Below, one piece after another: positions 13,432 through 27,082 of a stretch of DNA of 64,000 bases. Under the pieces are notes generated by a model that ran no database searches, was not told the origin of the DNA, and was given only the letters and a program-made list of their open reading frames with translations. A program made the position numbers and the translations under genes. Numbering within the stretch: position 1 is the stretch's first letter; every line of letters begins with the position of its first letter. Source of the stretch: Eledone cirrhosa (Eukaryota); NCBI GenBank assembly GCA_964016885.1, contig OZ024746.1, positions 45,260,001-45,324,000 on the forward strand. The letters run 5' to 3'.

Positions 13432-14518
13432 AGTACGTATTGATCACAAATACGTTACTAATAATATCTTTAGACTGTAATCAACATTAATTACAATATC
13501 CACTGTTTTAGTTGTATCTCTCTAATTACTCTAGAATTCCAGAGTTAAAAAAAGCATTGAGATTAACTGCAAAATATGATTTGGCACATTTAGTATTGTC
13601 TTTGTGCAGAGGCTAGTTTGGTTGTACACAAGATGCTTGTTTCATCTCTTATCAATATAACCAGCAAAGGTTGAACTTTTACAAAGTGATATGTGTGTGG
13701 ATAAAATATAGTACACTCATTTTTGGTAGAGAGTAACATTCTTAGTATAAAATCACAATTCCATGGTATCATATCTTTGTGTTTACTGCAGTTACAATGT
13801 TGTTAATAGTCTAACATTCTGGAAATATATAGGATTTAAGACAATTTTAAGTAATTCAGATATATGATGTAATGGAAATAGCGTATGTATGAGAACATAT
13901 ACATCAATAGTTCAGGTGGAATCGCAAGTTGAAGATGTTATATGAACTTTTTATATAGAAAAATGTTATAGAAACGATAACGATGAAATTACAGAGCCAT
14001 ATTAATGAGGGGCAGCGACTTATCGTTTCCAACTTCATCTAATAGATATAGGTAGGGATATGAAAAGTAAGGCGGCTTATGTAATGTAATTCATCATTTA
14101 TTTCAGTAGATATCTAGGAAATGTAGTGAATCCTTCTTAATTATTTCTACATATAAATGTGCTACATATTGCACAAAATATATTCATATATTATATACAG
14201 AGTGCTCGAAAATCCAGTAAGTTGTGGATAGAAACATAATGATTGTACTGGAGTAACAGGATGACAAAACAAAACAGAATAATATAGTCACACAATATAT
14301 TTCTTCACGACATTTCAAGGTAAGCACCCTTTCAGATAACTTAAAATATCATGAATATATTAGGTAAAAACATTATTTTGCTTTGAAAATCATTTGAAAA
14401 TCCTTTGAAAAGAAGGCTTTTTATATTGAAATATAATTAAATATATTAGCTAATATCATTAATTTGTTTATTTTCTTCGCGCTTTTAACCCAGTACCATC
14501 TTTATCCACATTGTACCA

Positions 14519-14700
14519 TTGGCAGTATCGGTAGAGGGTCGGACGCCATGCTTTGACGTATAGAGTTACGGCCCTTGCCATTCTGAGTTCAAATCTCGCC
14601 GAGTTTAACTTTGCCTTTTATCCTTACGGGGACGATAAAATAAAGTACCAGTAATGCACTGGGTAATTGCTGGCCTTGTGCCAAATGTAGAAACGATTAT
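14519..14700 (+). mobile_element. SINE family A
   Basis: A box, GAGTTCAAATC B box, central domain and 3' tail all present. Confidence 0.9.
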
Positions 14701-15341
14701 ATCTTACAACGATTCACATAAATCATACCGTTATATTTACACGTTTAAATATATAATCTTGCTTTAAAATTTAGTAGAATAGATCTTGGTAATGTGTAAA
14801 CTAATCTTTTGGCTACCAATCTTCTGAATGATCATGTTGTATTGGTGTGTTAATACATGACATACCTCATACGCTACTAGAAATAACACGATTTATTATA
14901 GCCGTATTTTAAACTCTATTAACTGTTATTAACAGTGTATATATATGTGATAAAAAATATTTTCAGGAAATGAGGAATTGGAGTTTCTAATACCATGTGT
15001 TTGAATGCTGCATGATTAATAAATCTGAAGTGAAGATTGCTACGATTTTTCCTTTTCCGAATATATTTCCAAATTATATTTGTTCAAAATATATGGTTGA
15101 CGTTGTAGGTATAATGAACGTTTAGTAAGTTTAGATAACCGGAAATGATAATTAAGCGTTGCATTCCGGGTAAGTAGATCCAAATTCCAAAATTTGAATC
15201 AAAGTATGAAATGTCTGCTTTTTAATGTGGTTTGATTCTAGATATCGTATGTTGTGTTTCTATAGACCTTCTGTTCCTTTTGTATATTCTCCAAAACGCA
15301 TAACTTTATTTCTAACTCAAGAGGAATAAGTTATTAGTTAT

Positions 15342-15520
15342 TAATTGCTTCTACTTTAGGCACAAGGCCAGAACACTTTGGGGAGGGGAAAGGCGATTAA
15401 ATCGTCCCCAGTTCATTACTGATACCTTATTTTATCGACCACGTGAGGATAAAAGGCAAAGCTAATCTCAGTGCGATTTGAACTCAGAACGTAAAATCCC
15501 GTAACTCTATGCTGCGAAAC
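15342..15520 (-). mobile_element. SINE family A (diverged variant)
   Basis: Tail, central domain and B box recognisable; has an extra ggggagggg...atcg.ccccag segment. Confidence 0.8.
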
Positions 15521-15786
15521 TGTTAGTAATATTAATTATTAGTAGTTTAACTACATCTGTTCAAATTTCCTAGTTTCTAGATATAAAGCATCTAACTTCT
15601 GGAAAATATACCAGTGCAAATCTTAGTTTTAGATAAACACACACAAGATTAGATTATTATTTGAGAAAGCTGAAATTGTTTTGATGAATCGTGATATAAT
15701 ATTGCAGATAGTTTAGATGAATTCAGCGACAAATATACTAAATGAGTAACTAAGTAGAGCAGAAAATCATACAAACAATATATAAA

Positions 15787-16250
15787 CAGCAATTACCCAG
15801 TGCATTACTGGTACTTTATTTTATCGACCCCGTAAGGATGAAAGGCAAAGTTAACCTCGGCGGGATTTGAACTCAGATCGTAAAGGGACGTAACTATGTT
15901 GGAAAGCATGGCGTCCGACCCTCTACCGATACTGCCAATCCACCGCCTTCATAATAAATAATTGTTTCTACTTTAGGCACAAGGCCAGCAAATATCCAGT
16001 GCATTACTGGTACTTTATTTTATCGACCCTGTAAGGATGAAAGGCAAAGTCAACCTCGGCGGGATTTGAACTCAGATTGTAAAGGGACGTAACTATGCTG
16101 GAAAGCATGGCGTCCGACCCTCTACCGATACTGCCAATCCACAAATAATTGTTTCTACTTTAGGCACAAGGCCAGCAATTACCCAGTCCATTACTGGTAC
16201 TTTATTTTATCGATCCCGTAAGGATGAAAGGCAAAGTCAACCTCGGCGGG
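15787..16250 (-). mobile_element. Three tandem SINE family A copies (15787-15947, 15957-16142, 16144-16250)
   Basis: Near-identical head-to-tail copies; the outer two are truncated. Confidence 0.92.
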
Positions 16251-16306
16251 CAAATAATATTGCTAAATTCTACTTCGGTATTCATTTTTGTGTCTCTCAA
16301 CTTCAT

Positions 16307-16309
<3 letters not shown>

Positions 16310-16368
<59 letters not shown>
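16310..16368. repeat. (TA)n microsatellite
   Basis: Direct reading. Confidence 0.95.
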
Positions 16369-17054
16369 GCAGAGCTTATATTTAATTTGTTGGGATTCAA
16401 CAAGCTTAAACATTTGTATAACTGATATAAAGCACTCAACAATTTAGTGGAGTAAATACACAATATATTAATAAATGGAAACTATATTTATAAAACCATA
16501 TTTATTTTATCATATATATTTCAAGGGCAACCAAGGCAAATTATGGTGCGCTTTTATGAGATAAAATACAGATTTGTTTTATAAATAAATATAGACATAC
16601 CCGGAAAAAAGACAACCTTAACGGTTGGAGCTTCCTAGATAGTGGAGATAATACTTTATTGAGGGTAATACAAAGTTATGAGTGAGTATGCAAATGAGTG
16701 TCCGAAAAGTTGAAAAGATAACGGTTTATTTAAATTAAACTGTTGGAAGAGGATGATATGTAAGGGAGAGAGAAAAAGAAAAAAAAGAAAAGGAAGGAGA
16801 AAGAGAGAAGAGGAAAGAAAGAACGATTATACATAGTGATATTGAAGAAAGTCAGAATGAATGAAGAAATAAGTTTTAATGGAAAAATATACATAGCGTA
16901 AATATATCTAAGTGAAAGAAGAAGTGAAAGAAGAAATATATACATATCTGTGATAGAAGAAATACTTTCAAAATCTCCTAAATGTTGAGTTGAAAATAGA
17001 TGAAAATATAATATATATTCCGCAAAAGCCAGCGATATCCGAATCAGCATTCAA

Positions 17055-17790
17055 CCCCAACTGTTCGTTGATGATGTTGCAACATTCTTCGAAGACGCAC
17101 AAGAATTGATGAACCGCTTCTCGTTTGGCTATAAGGGAATTGATTTAACAGTCAGCATCAGAAGACTGAGCTGGTACAACCAAGGCCACACCCTCATCAT
17201 CAATCAAGTAGATGTTAAGCAGGTTCCTATCACTATTGAGGGTAAAGTTCTGAAGTATGTGAACTCCTATACTTACCTTGGCATTTCTGAATCGAATCGA
17301 ATCTTCAAAGCAAATTACATCATCGTCTATGGAGTGTCAGAGGTATATCCTTGAAAATGAAAGTTGCATTTTGTCGTGCAGTGGTACTGACGAAACCTTT
17401 ATACTGCTCAGCGTCATGGATACGTTATCATAGCCACATTTAAAAGATTGTAGTTTTCCACAAACATTGACTTTACTCTATCTTTGGTTATGCACTTTCT
17501 GATAGAGTCACCAATGCTGATCTGTTCATGATGTGCACCAGTGGTAGGATTGTATCATTTCTGATACAATCCCAACTTAGAAGAGTAGTCATGTCCTACG
17601 GATGACCAACGACTGCATAACCAGAGTATTGCTATACACAAAGCTTCATAATGTTGCACGTGATGTAGGCGGACCATTACTTAAATATAAAAACAAACTG
17701 AAATACAATCTTAAATTTATGAACATACCACTTACTTCTTTTGAAGTAATAATGAATAATAGAAAATATTATCAGTTCATGCTGCATGAT
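17055..17790 (+). mobile_element. Degenerate RTE LINE RT/C-terminal fragment
   Basis: LFVDD, ITIEGKVLKYVNSYTYLG, RAVVLT..LY, DRVTNA, RVLLYTKL...GGPLLKYKNKLKYNLK across broken frames. Confidence 0.75.
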
Positions 17791-17799
17791 TCCATGCCA

Positions 17800-18065
17800 T
17801 CTGGAGGGTATTTTATTCAAAACAACGCAGTTAGTCAGCAGAAAAATATCAAATATGTTCCTTTATACGTTAAGACGTATTTGGAAAGTATATGACAATC
17901 TCGAGAGGTTAAACTCCTGACTTGGTCTCCGCAAAATTCACACATGACATTATTTGAATGTTTCTTGGATTATTTAGACCAGAGAAAATCCGAGAAGTGG
18001 CAAAGACTACCGAAGAAAAGCTACGCAATCTGCTGTGGAGAGGTTGGAATAATATCCTACCAGTT
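17800..18065 (+). mobile_element. Degenerate Tc1/mariner transposase fragment
   Basis: FIQNNA (cf. FQQDN) followed by LTWSPQNSHMTLFECFLDYLD (cf. WPPQSPDLNPIENLW) and LWRGWNNI. Confidence 0.5.
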
Positions 18066-18245
18066 TAAGAGAATTGTATGTTTATCAAACATTGGCTGAC
18101 AATACTGATTATTAGGAATATAATACTTCATTTAGAATATATTTGTGAAATGTTCACTTAAAGCTTCCTAATCTATATAAGTATTTAAATATATTAAATT
18201 TGTATCATCCTTCACATATCTTTAAGAAGATTTATGCATACTTAA

Positions 18246-18311
18246 TAATTGTTTCTACTTTTGGCACAAGGCCAGCAATTTCCCAGTGTATTACTTTATT
18301 TTATCGACCCC
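18246..18311 (-). mobile_element. SINE family A 3' fragment
   Basis: aattgtttctacttttggcacaaggccagcaatt...ttttatcgacccc. Confidence 0.8.
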
Positions 18312-21300
18312 ATAATGTTGCTTACCAGTATATGTGTGTCTATATGCATATGTGTGTTCCCTCCTCCTCTCCGTCTCTCTCTTCCGCAAGCAGCATCTAA
18401 TTGTAAGTATTTTGTAGTATATTTACACTTAAATCATTTTTAAGATTTCGATTATATACGTCCAGTTGTTTTATCACTTAAAATGTTTTATATTCATAAA
18501 TTCTAGTTGTTATATCTTAATATTATTCTGATGGGTTTTGCTACTTGAGTGTTATGACATGTAAGTGGAATATGAGGAGACTGAAAGGCTTCTGAAATAT
18601 TGATATTTATTTCATTCCAGAAATCCTTAGAAAAAGCAATTACCAACTTATTTTATATATGTATCTCAATTGTTAAGGCCCAATGGTTTTTTAAATATAT
18701 TATTGAGCCAGGTTATATGATATACAAATATTATGTAGATAAAAGCACGTGCTAGTGCTAAGTAGTTGACCTTGAAAAGTAATTTGTAAAGCACACATCA
18801 TTATAGAAAAATTCCAATTTACATAACTACTGCTTTTCAGCATAAATATATATTGATAGCAACTTATATAGCAAATCTAAAAATAAAATTCCAAAGTAAC
18901 TGCAATTTCTCAAACGATATGAATTGATAGAAATGTACCGCTAGTATTCATAATGTAAATATTTCTTTATTTAGTGAAGAGTGTTGTATAATAACAAAGG
19001 TTAATCATTTGTTGGGTTACACAGTGAGGTGGCTTCAAATGTCGATCAACGCAAATACGCTCTCAATGTCACTAAACAAACATGAAATTCATAATATCTC
19101 TATTCCTAAAATTTATAAAAATCAATTATTTCTGCTCGTTGTTTTGTCTTCTCAAGAGAGATGGGCTTCGATTACAATATACATTTTATGTACACATAAA
19201 TAGCGTGTGATTCTGCACATTTTGAAATAACGATATATTGTCATTTACCGAATGAAATATTGGACTCAATGCAATTTACTTGAACTTTGTTGATCAGATG
19301 TCTCTTTTAATGTGTAACCAATCGTCTTGAACGTTTCCCAAATACCCTGCTACCGATTCACAGTATGAAGATTAACTCACACAGAATTTTGTGACATTTT
19401 GTTAGATAGAATGAAGCTCCCACTGGGGATTTGAAAACTACTAATTACGCGCTATTACAATACATATTCTATACCTAGGCAAAAAGAAATCAATATTCAA
19501 AGGTAACGGTATATATTAAGCTGCACCTACTATATGAAAAAACGAACTTGACGTTTTTCTCCATATGGAACGTATATGTGATATTTATTGATGCAGAATA
19601 GAAATCAAGTTGGCAAAAAATAAAATACGAGTTTAAAAAGTTCAAAAGAAAATAAATCAAGCCAGAATTTTAACTACAAAACAGTTTATAATTAGTCCCA
19701 ATTGTTGCTGAATCTTCACCATTTTTACAATATTTCAGACTTACTTTGCAGTCCGTTTCTCTGCAAAACTGGAAGATTTCCAATTTATTGCAATATATTT
19801 TCCACACTCAATCTGTACAAATACTATAAAGTTATGCTACTATACATTTTAAAATCTATACACTTTGTTGGTATGTCTGCAGATAATTGTCTTTCTAAGC
19901 CTGATAAATTTGGCTCTAAACCAAACAAGAATGTATGTCAATTCCACTTTTAGTTGTCACAAGTTAGAAACTAGTTTCAATAGAGTCTCTGATTTGAGCT
20001 TTGGAGAATGAAGAACACTAGGTATTGGCAATAAATAAATAGTATGATCATAGAAAATATTAGAATCTGTAAACAAATTTGATTTATAAAATCAATCATA
20101 AATCTATAAGCATTAAATAATGTTCGTTATGTCCCATGGAGTAACACGATTTCAGTTTAAAGATATCTAATATATATGTGTGTGCGTGTGTGTGTGGTTG
20201 TATGTTTGCGCGCGCGCGTGTGTATATTTTGGCACCATGATCCAAGTCAACGCGTAACTATGCTTCGGTTACTATCAGGATTGTTTGGATACTATAAATA
20301 TTCAGAATTCACACTTTCTATTCTGTCACAATATAAAACAATTACAAAGGAGTTATTATTTATGTAGGAAACATTCGAAATTTACTCTTGGAGTGATACT
20401 TCCGATTTCAGTCCCTTTCAACTGAAGTGTCATTCATTTCTTTATGTGTTAATTGAAACTAATTCCCACCGGAAACCCGAAGTGATGCACTGACGTCTAA
20501 TCGCTTAGATAATATGCCTTTGGGAAATTAAAGTAGCTGCATATAAACTTAACTGAAACTAGTTTTATTGATGCTTGCTTGGGTTTTTTTGAAACTCAGC
20601 AGTAACAATTTTACCTGAAATTTAACTCCTATGTTTCAATTGAACTAACACATTTGATTATAGTTGAAATAGATTGGAAGCTAGATATTTGACTAACTAT
20701 TGTTTTTAAGTTGATCTAAGCGGAAATCTTTAAACTTAAATAAAAGATACGAAATAGTTTCCATTTCCGTCTTCGAAAATATATTTAGTTTTATTGAAGC
20801 CTACTTTACAGAGATTGCTTCGTCAGTTATCTTAATTTTCATTCAACGTAGTAAATAATCATTTTAAATTGTTTGCGATTCACTCCGTGTAATAGCCACA
20901 CCACACACGATAATCTTTAAAGATTAGGCAGGTATTGTAAAAAGTAGATCCTGTAAATGTACATTCCCAAGACTTATGTGAATGTCTTGGATTGACTGCG
21001 AATCCAAGATAATATTCATCCCAAAATATGATATATAGATATTAAATATCAGCAGCGTCCACAATAAATGTGGATCATTGAATCAACACCAGGAGTTGTT
21101 GAATTTACTCTATTAAATACTTTCGACAACCTTTGGGGTTTTACAACTCCATAATACTCAAAATGTAATCACTAATCCACGAAATAAAAATTACTAAATG
21201 TTAGCCTCAAAATTTGTTTTTTAATGTTAACGATTTTCACTCTCATTCACCACATGAAGACTATATAAAACACGAATTCATTTCTCGTTATCAAGATTAG

Positions 21301-22289
21301 ACATTATTCAACAAGGTTATCACCTAGATAGCTAGTTCTTATGTAAACGCTATCAAATACCAGTTAGATGATACAATAACTGTTCACTGTGAAGAAACCT
21401 AATGAGAAAAGGTAGAGAGGATATCCCTATTAAGTAATTTGGCAATAATCTAATTTGTTAAAGAAGAAAGAATTTGACAGTGTATTTATGGATAGTTAGT
21501 TAAAGAAAACCATAGAAATATTTCATTTGCTCTTTAAATGTAGTACAGACCCTGTTTACTTATAATTCCATTCCCGTCATTCCGGACACAACAATGTAAT
21601 TAGTTATTATATTTTAGAGCTGATTAAATTGTTTACAGCCTCACTCTTCTAAACATTTGATTGGGATATGTCGAAGGAAATGAATATAGAATAAATCTAC
21701 ATATTGAACCATTTAACCATTATATAACTGATAGAGTGCCTGCAACCTTCCGTTTGAATCGAACTGAAAAGTGTCTAATGTATATGTTACAATACGAGAT
21801 AGACATAATGGTAAGAGAACGGGTCTGTTGTAAGACAAAACAAACAGCATTTTAAAATATCACCTTATTTCATAATGTTGCTGGGTTAAAACTTCCTTTT
21901 CAAAATAAAAGGAAAATTAAATTTAATGGTGGCAGTAAACTAAACTTCTTCGCACAAATATATGGGGCCGGGTAGGGGAAGCCATGCGCTGACCCTCATA
22001 ATAGTCTATGAGCGTCATGCAATTGCCGTCTAGTTTCAAGGCCTTAATCTAAAATGAGAATAGTTACTTTTCGGTCGCTCTTTCCGCATCTTTGCTATTG
22101 ATATTCATATCTTGGGTGTTGCATTTCTGTACGTGTTTCATAATGGAAGTAAGTTTTGTGGGTGGATTTTTTTGTAACCGGTTATTCAATTTCTGGTCAA
22201 CAAATTTCAGCTTTGAAATTGCGAAGTCTCTAAAATGCCCTGCAAAAGCCGTGTGTTGATGCAGTGCCCCTACGACGCTCTCAGGAGAT

Positions 22290-22290
22290 A

Positions 22291-22385
<95 letters not shown>
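22290..22385. repeat. (TATC)n(TG)n microsatellite
   Basis: Direct reading. Confidence 0.95.
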
Positions 22386-22387
<2 letters not shown>

Positions 22388-22618
22388 TCTATTTCACGCG
22401 AGGGAATTAAATTAATAATTATATAACAAATTGCATGGGAACCTGGTATTATGTACATTATTAAGAAATCTTTCTAGCTAAGTTGATACATGAACAACAG
22501 TCCCTATTTCTCCTGATTTCTCTGCCTCCCTATATTTTATCATCTCTATCAGAAATTGACTTTCTCTTCTACATGTTTCGCACTTTCTCCAAGCGTCTTT
22601 CCAGTCACTTCACTCAGA

Positions 22619-22649
<31 letters not shown>

Positions 22650-22737
22650 ACTCTCTCTCTTACTCTCTCTCGCTCCCTCTCTCATATATATTTATATACA
22701 TATATATACATTCTTATTCTTTGGGAGGATCATGCTG

Positions 22738-22788
<51 letters not shown>

Positions 22789-23584
22789 CGCTCGTTCCTA
22801 TAATTTCATACTCTTGTAGCCACAGGAAATTTGTTTCATGACTTTGATATGGTTATGTAAATATTTTCTTTATTGATTTACTACTAAGAATATATTCCAA
22901 GAATTATAAAACAATAATAAGCACTACATACGTAGACAAATAAAAGCAGATAAAAGTCAAACAAGAAAATAAAAATGAAAAGCATCAACGTGAAAATCAA
23001 CAATAGTAGTGTTATAGATGATGAGGAGGATGGTGATAATGTTAATCGTCAAGATTATAATGTGGGGGGGGGGGGAATAATGATGACGGTGAATAGTAGG
23101 AGTAGCTGCAAGGATGTAGCGATGGTTTTGTTTGGGGTGAATTAAGGTGGTGGCGAACTATGGGACTTCAATATAGTGGTGACAAAAAATGTTGATCGTA
23201 GTGATGATTATGATGATTATAGAACAAGAACGGCTAAACAAAAGTGCTAAAAATACAAATATAAGCCAAACAAAATTATGTTTTTGGGCTTCATCTTCAA
23301 TATAATGGTGAATATTTATATACAAGTTATTTCTTTTGAATTCAGCCCATTCTAATCTGAGACTATTGATGTTACGCCCAAGGAAATTAATGTTGACCAC
23401 AGAAGCAACTATTATTTTTTGAGTGTTGTTCTTTCGCTTTTGCATTTGTCTTGTTTTTAGTGTTTGTGACTATTTATTTATTCTTTTTTACCTATTAAAA
23501 CTCCACCGCCAGATTCAGTAATATTAATGGGAAAAACAACAAAATGAAACCTGATAAAAGACCGTAAAATTATTCTATCCCCCC

Positions 23585-23629
<45 letters not shown>

Positions 23630-23654
23630 TATAAATATATATTTATATACATAT

Positions 23655-23688
<34 letters not shown>

Positions 23689-23767
23689 AAATATATATAC
23701 TCATACATATGGATATACACACACATACACGCATATAAATTATATATGTGTATAATATAATATAGAT

Positions 23768-23820
<53 letters not shown>
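23585..23820. repeat. (TA)n/(CA)n low-complexity tract
   Basis: Direct reading. Confidence 0.95.
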
Positions 23821-23821
<1 letters not shown>

Positions 23822-25664
23822 GGGGAGGGGGGGGTGCTTGCAAGTTTATGTGTGTACTTGTGGATGTATGTGTTTCTCTTTCTATAGTTTTACTTTCATT
23901 TTTTACTGTACACGATTTTCTCGTTTAATAGATTTTATAATTGTTTCTTCAAAAATAATTAAAATCTAAAAAGAAATCTTGAGATTTAGTTGAAAAGATT
24001 CACATGAGAAAATCACATCCTATTACAACGCTTTACCACAAGCATGATCCTCATCTTCTCCTTCATCATCACCATCATCAATAACATCATCATCAAGATC
24101 AATAACAACATCATCATCTCTATTATTATGATCACCATTGTTTATTAATATTTATGCGAGTTTCTTCTGAAAATGCCAGGAGCACCTTCATTTTTCTGAA
24201 GTTTGCGTAACATTGTGCTTAGGTCAGGTAAATTGTGTTTGTATACAGCATCAAATTTTTTTTTTCTTCAGGGATTTGCTTTGTTGTTTCTTGTATTGTT
24301 TTGTCTGCTGTCTAGATTATATGAAATTGGAATTGTGTTATTTTATTTTATGGTATTTGTGTATAGTGTGTACTCTATGTTTGGTGTATTGTCAGACGGC
24401 GATTGTAGATTATGCGTTGTTGTTGCTACTGTTGTTATTTTTGTTGTTGTTGGGGTGGTGATTGTACAAGGCATGTGTTGTCTGTAAAAATCATACTGTT
24501 TGAGTTGTCATATTGACTTACAAGTGTCTTTTGTACGATATGACCTCGGTCTAACAGGGATATCTTATGACTATATGCAAAGGTATGGGACTTGGCAGGA
24601 TTTTGTTCATGTTTTTGAATCATGCTACCGACAATGTTTGAACTATCATACTCCACATTCTACATATTTCAATTTCCTAGTCTTTTGGATAGCTTATCAT
24701 CCTCCAATCGGCGCGGAATTTTAGTCAGAGCACATAAAGAGGTCTATCTGAGTACAGGTAGTCTTCTTATAATTCTTTATGATTATATCTAGATTCTTTA
24801 ACTTTGTCTCCTTGTTAGTTAGAACATATCCTAATTAATTTTAGTCAGACCTTTGTCATGCACCGGCTTTGCAGCCTAATTATACAACATCGTACCTGTT
24901 TTCACGTCAGTGTGTCGACAAATTTCCCGGCAGAAAAAATGCCACCAAGTCAATAATGTCTGCAAATATACTTGATAAGACGCGGGTTGCCTGAAATTAT
25001 ATCATCAATTGCTTTATTTTAATTTACACATAATTAGGATTTAATGTTAGCATATTTGTTTAATGTTTTTCATGATTATTTGTGACTGGGGTGGCATTGG
25101 TCCCGTACAGTAACAATAAGACATTCTATTCCTGCTTCCTTCGAGAGCTTTTGAGTAATTGATATCGTTCATTTCTCTGGATTTGTGGAGGATTTACCGT
25201 ATAGTGTTTTTTTTTATTCGGTATAATTTGGAATTCCATTTAATCATGTCTTTTGTCATTACGGTTTCACTTATCTTTTTTGCTAGGTGTTATTAACTGT
25301 TATTTGGTAATTCATTGTTTCATTAAATTTCTAAAATATAAATTTAGTGTTCGACATGTTTTCGTATTACACCAACCAATTTCAGTAATTATTAAAGTAT
25401 TTATCTATACTATTGCTATTATTTTGCACTCGTTCACCATTTGTAACAAACAACGTCTTTCCTCTCTGCAAGTATACTTTGTTTATAGCAGCATTTGAAA
25501 AGTGGTGTTCGTATACTGTTAATAGCTACTTCTCTTTTTTCTGTCAAACGATTATATCACATTTTTGTTAATTTACTTATTTAAAAGATATACATTTATT
25601 ACTTTTCCAGCTGGTGTAATATTTCTAACACTGAATTTCTTTTTTTAATGTTAGTCTGACTGAT

Positions 25665-25860
25665 TGTGGTGGATTGGTAGAAGTGTTAGTGATAAAACGG
25701 TATATCTTAGCTCTCTACATTCTGAGTTCAGATCCTGCATGGTCAACTTTGCCTTTCACCTTTCCTTGGTTGATGAATTGAAGTAGTAGACAAGTACTGG
25801 GGGTGATATAATCGCCATTGACCTTTCTCCTAATTTGCTTGCCTTGCCTTTAACTTGAAC
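25665..25860 (+). mobile_element. SINE family A, degenerate
   Basis: ctgagttcagatcc, aactttgcctttca, gtactgggg. Confidence 0.7.
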
Positions 25861-26149
25861 GCCGATATACGTTTAACTCTTCTATAGTGTTTCTTCTGCT
25901 TATCTTCTTCGTTTCTGCTCGTTTTATTTTATCAATTTCATTTGTTGTTCTGGTCTAATTCTCTAATTTCAGGGCATGTATTTAATTTGCTATTTTTAGT
26001 TTTAGTTAGTTTCCCTCTTAATAACTTTCACATATTTCCTCTTCCAAAACTTATTTCAATGTCGTGGCTAAATTTACGCACTGTTTGTAATATGATTTCC
26101 TCAGCAGAATATTGTCATATGGAAGGGACGTTTTAGATTCGGTCCATGG

Positions 26150-26340
26150 TATTTATAACAACGGTGGATTTGTTAAGAGACACAGCTAGGCAAAAGAATA
26201 GTGGAGATGAGGATTTTCCCTTGAAGATTCGTTTTCGGGTGGATATAGAAATGGGTTTCATTATCTTATGTTTGTTGTAATCTTTTCCATTTTTGAAAGG
26301 ATATGGGCGGGGTACTTTGTTAATATTGAAACTGGTTTAT
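26150..26340 (-). mobile_element. R4/Dong-like RT relic
   Basis: Minus strand reads RKRIFKGKSSSPLFFCLA (cf. RGIFQGDSLSPLLFCLA). Confidence 0.55.
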
Positions 26341-26348
26341 TTACGTGG

Positions 26349-26416
26349 AGTGTCTCTTGTATAGCGTGAATGGTATAGAGTATACTCTATACCATTCACG
26401 CTATACAAGAGACACT
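26349..26416. repeat. Perfect 68-bp palindrome
   Basis: AGTGTCTCTTGTATAGCGTGAATGGTATAGAGTA|TACTCTATACCATTCACGCTATACAAGAGACACT, no loop. Confidence 0.97.
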
Positions 26417-26514
26417 AGCAAATTATGTTTTGTAAAGAAGCACTCAATTTTAATCTTGCATAATTTTGTTTCCACAATGGTTTCAGCTTGTTATTAATAA
26501 TATACTTTTAAATG

Positions 26515-26770
26515 AAGACGTGTGACTTAATGTTTAGGCATACTACTCACAATGTTTCGATTCCCGGTTGTGCGTTTTGTCTTTGAGCAAAATACTTTAT
26601 TTCTCGTTTCTTTAATTCAGTTAGCTGGCAACAATGTATTGTATTTAGATTCAAAAGGCCAGCCTTGTCGTTCATTTCGGCACTCTCAACCTCCTTGAGA
26701 ACTACACTAAGTCAGCACGTGTATATGGAATGTGTCAGCCACTTTCATGTTAATTTCACGAAGAGGCTGC
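26515..26770 (+). mobile_element. Degenerate tRNA-derived SINE (second family)
   Basis: gtgtgacttaatg.ttag head, GTTTCGATTCCC B box, gtc.ttgagcaa.a.acttta.ttc. Confidence 0.55.
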
Positions 26771-27082
26771 TTTGTATTTCGAACAAATAGAACACCTAGC
26801 ATCGGAACACACAAAGAGACTTTTTGAATATTTTGGGTTTTTAATAAGTAGAGATAGAACATTCCATTTTTTTTTTTTGTTTTGCTTCTCAATTTTATTT
26901 AGTAAATTCTCTTTCCTGTTTTGTTTCGTATTTTTGACTATGAGGTTTCAGTATTGATTCCCTCGGTATTAATGCTGCAGTTATACAGATAATATGTGTC
27001 TGTTAATTTTCGTATATTTTGTTTTTATGGGTAAAATCGCTTGCAAGACCCTAATATATTTTTATTATTGTTGTTCTTATCA

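Noticed and set aside
21661-21855. Plus-strand ORF with an ATG|GTAAGA donor
   Set aside because: An in-frame stop lies just upstream, the nearest good acceptor gives stops, and no homology was recognised.
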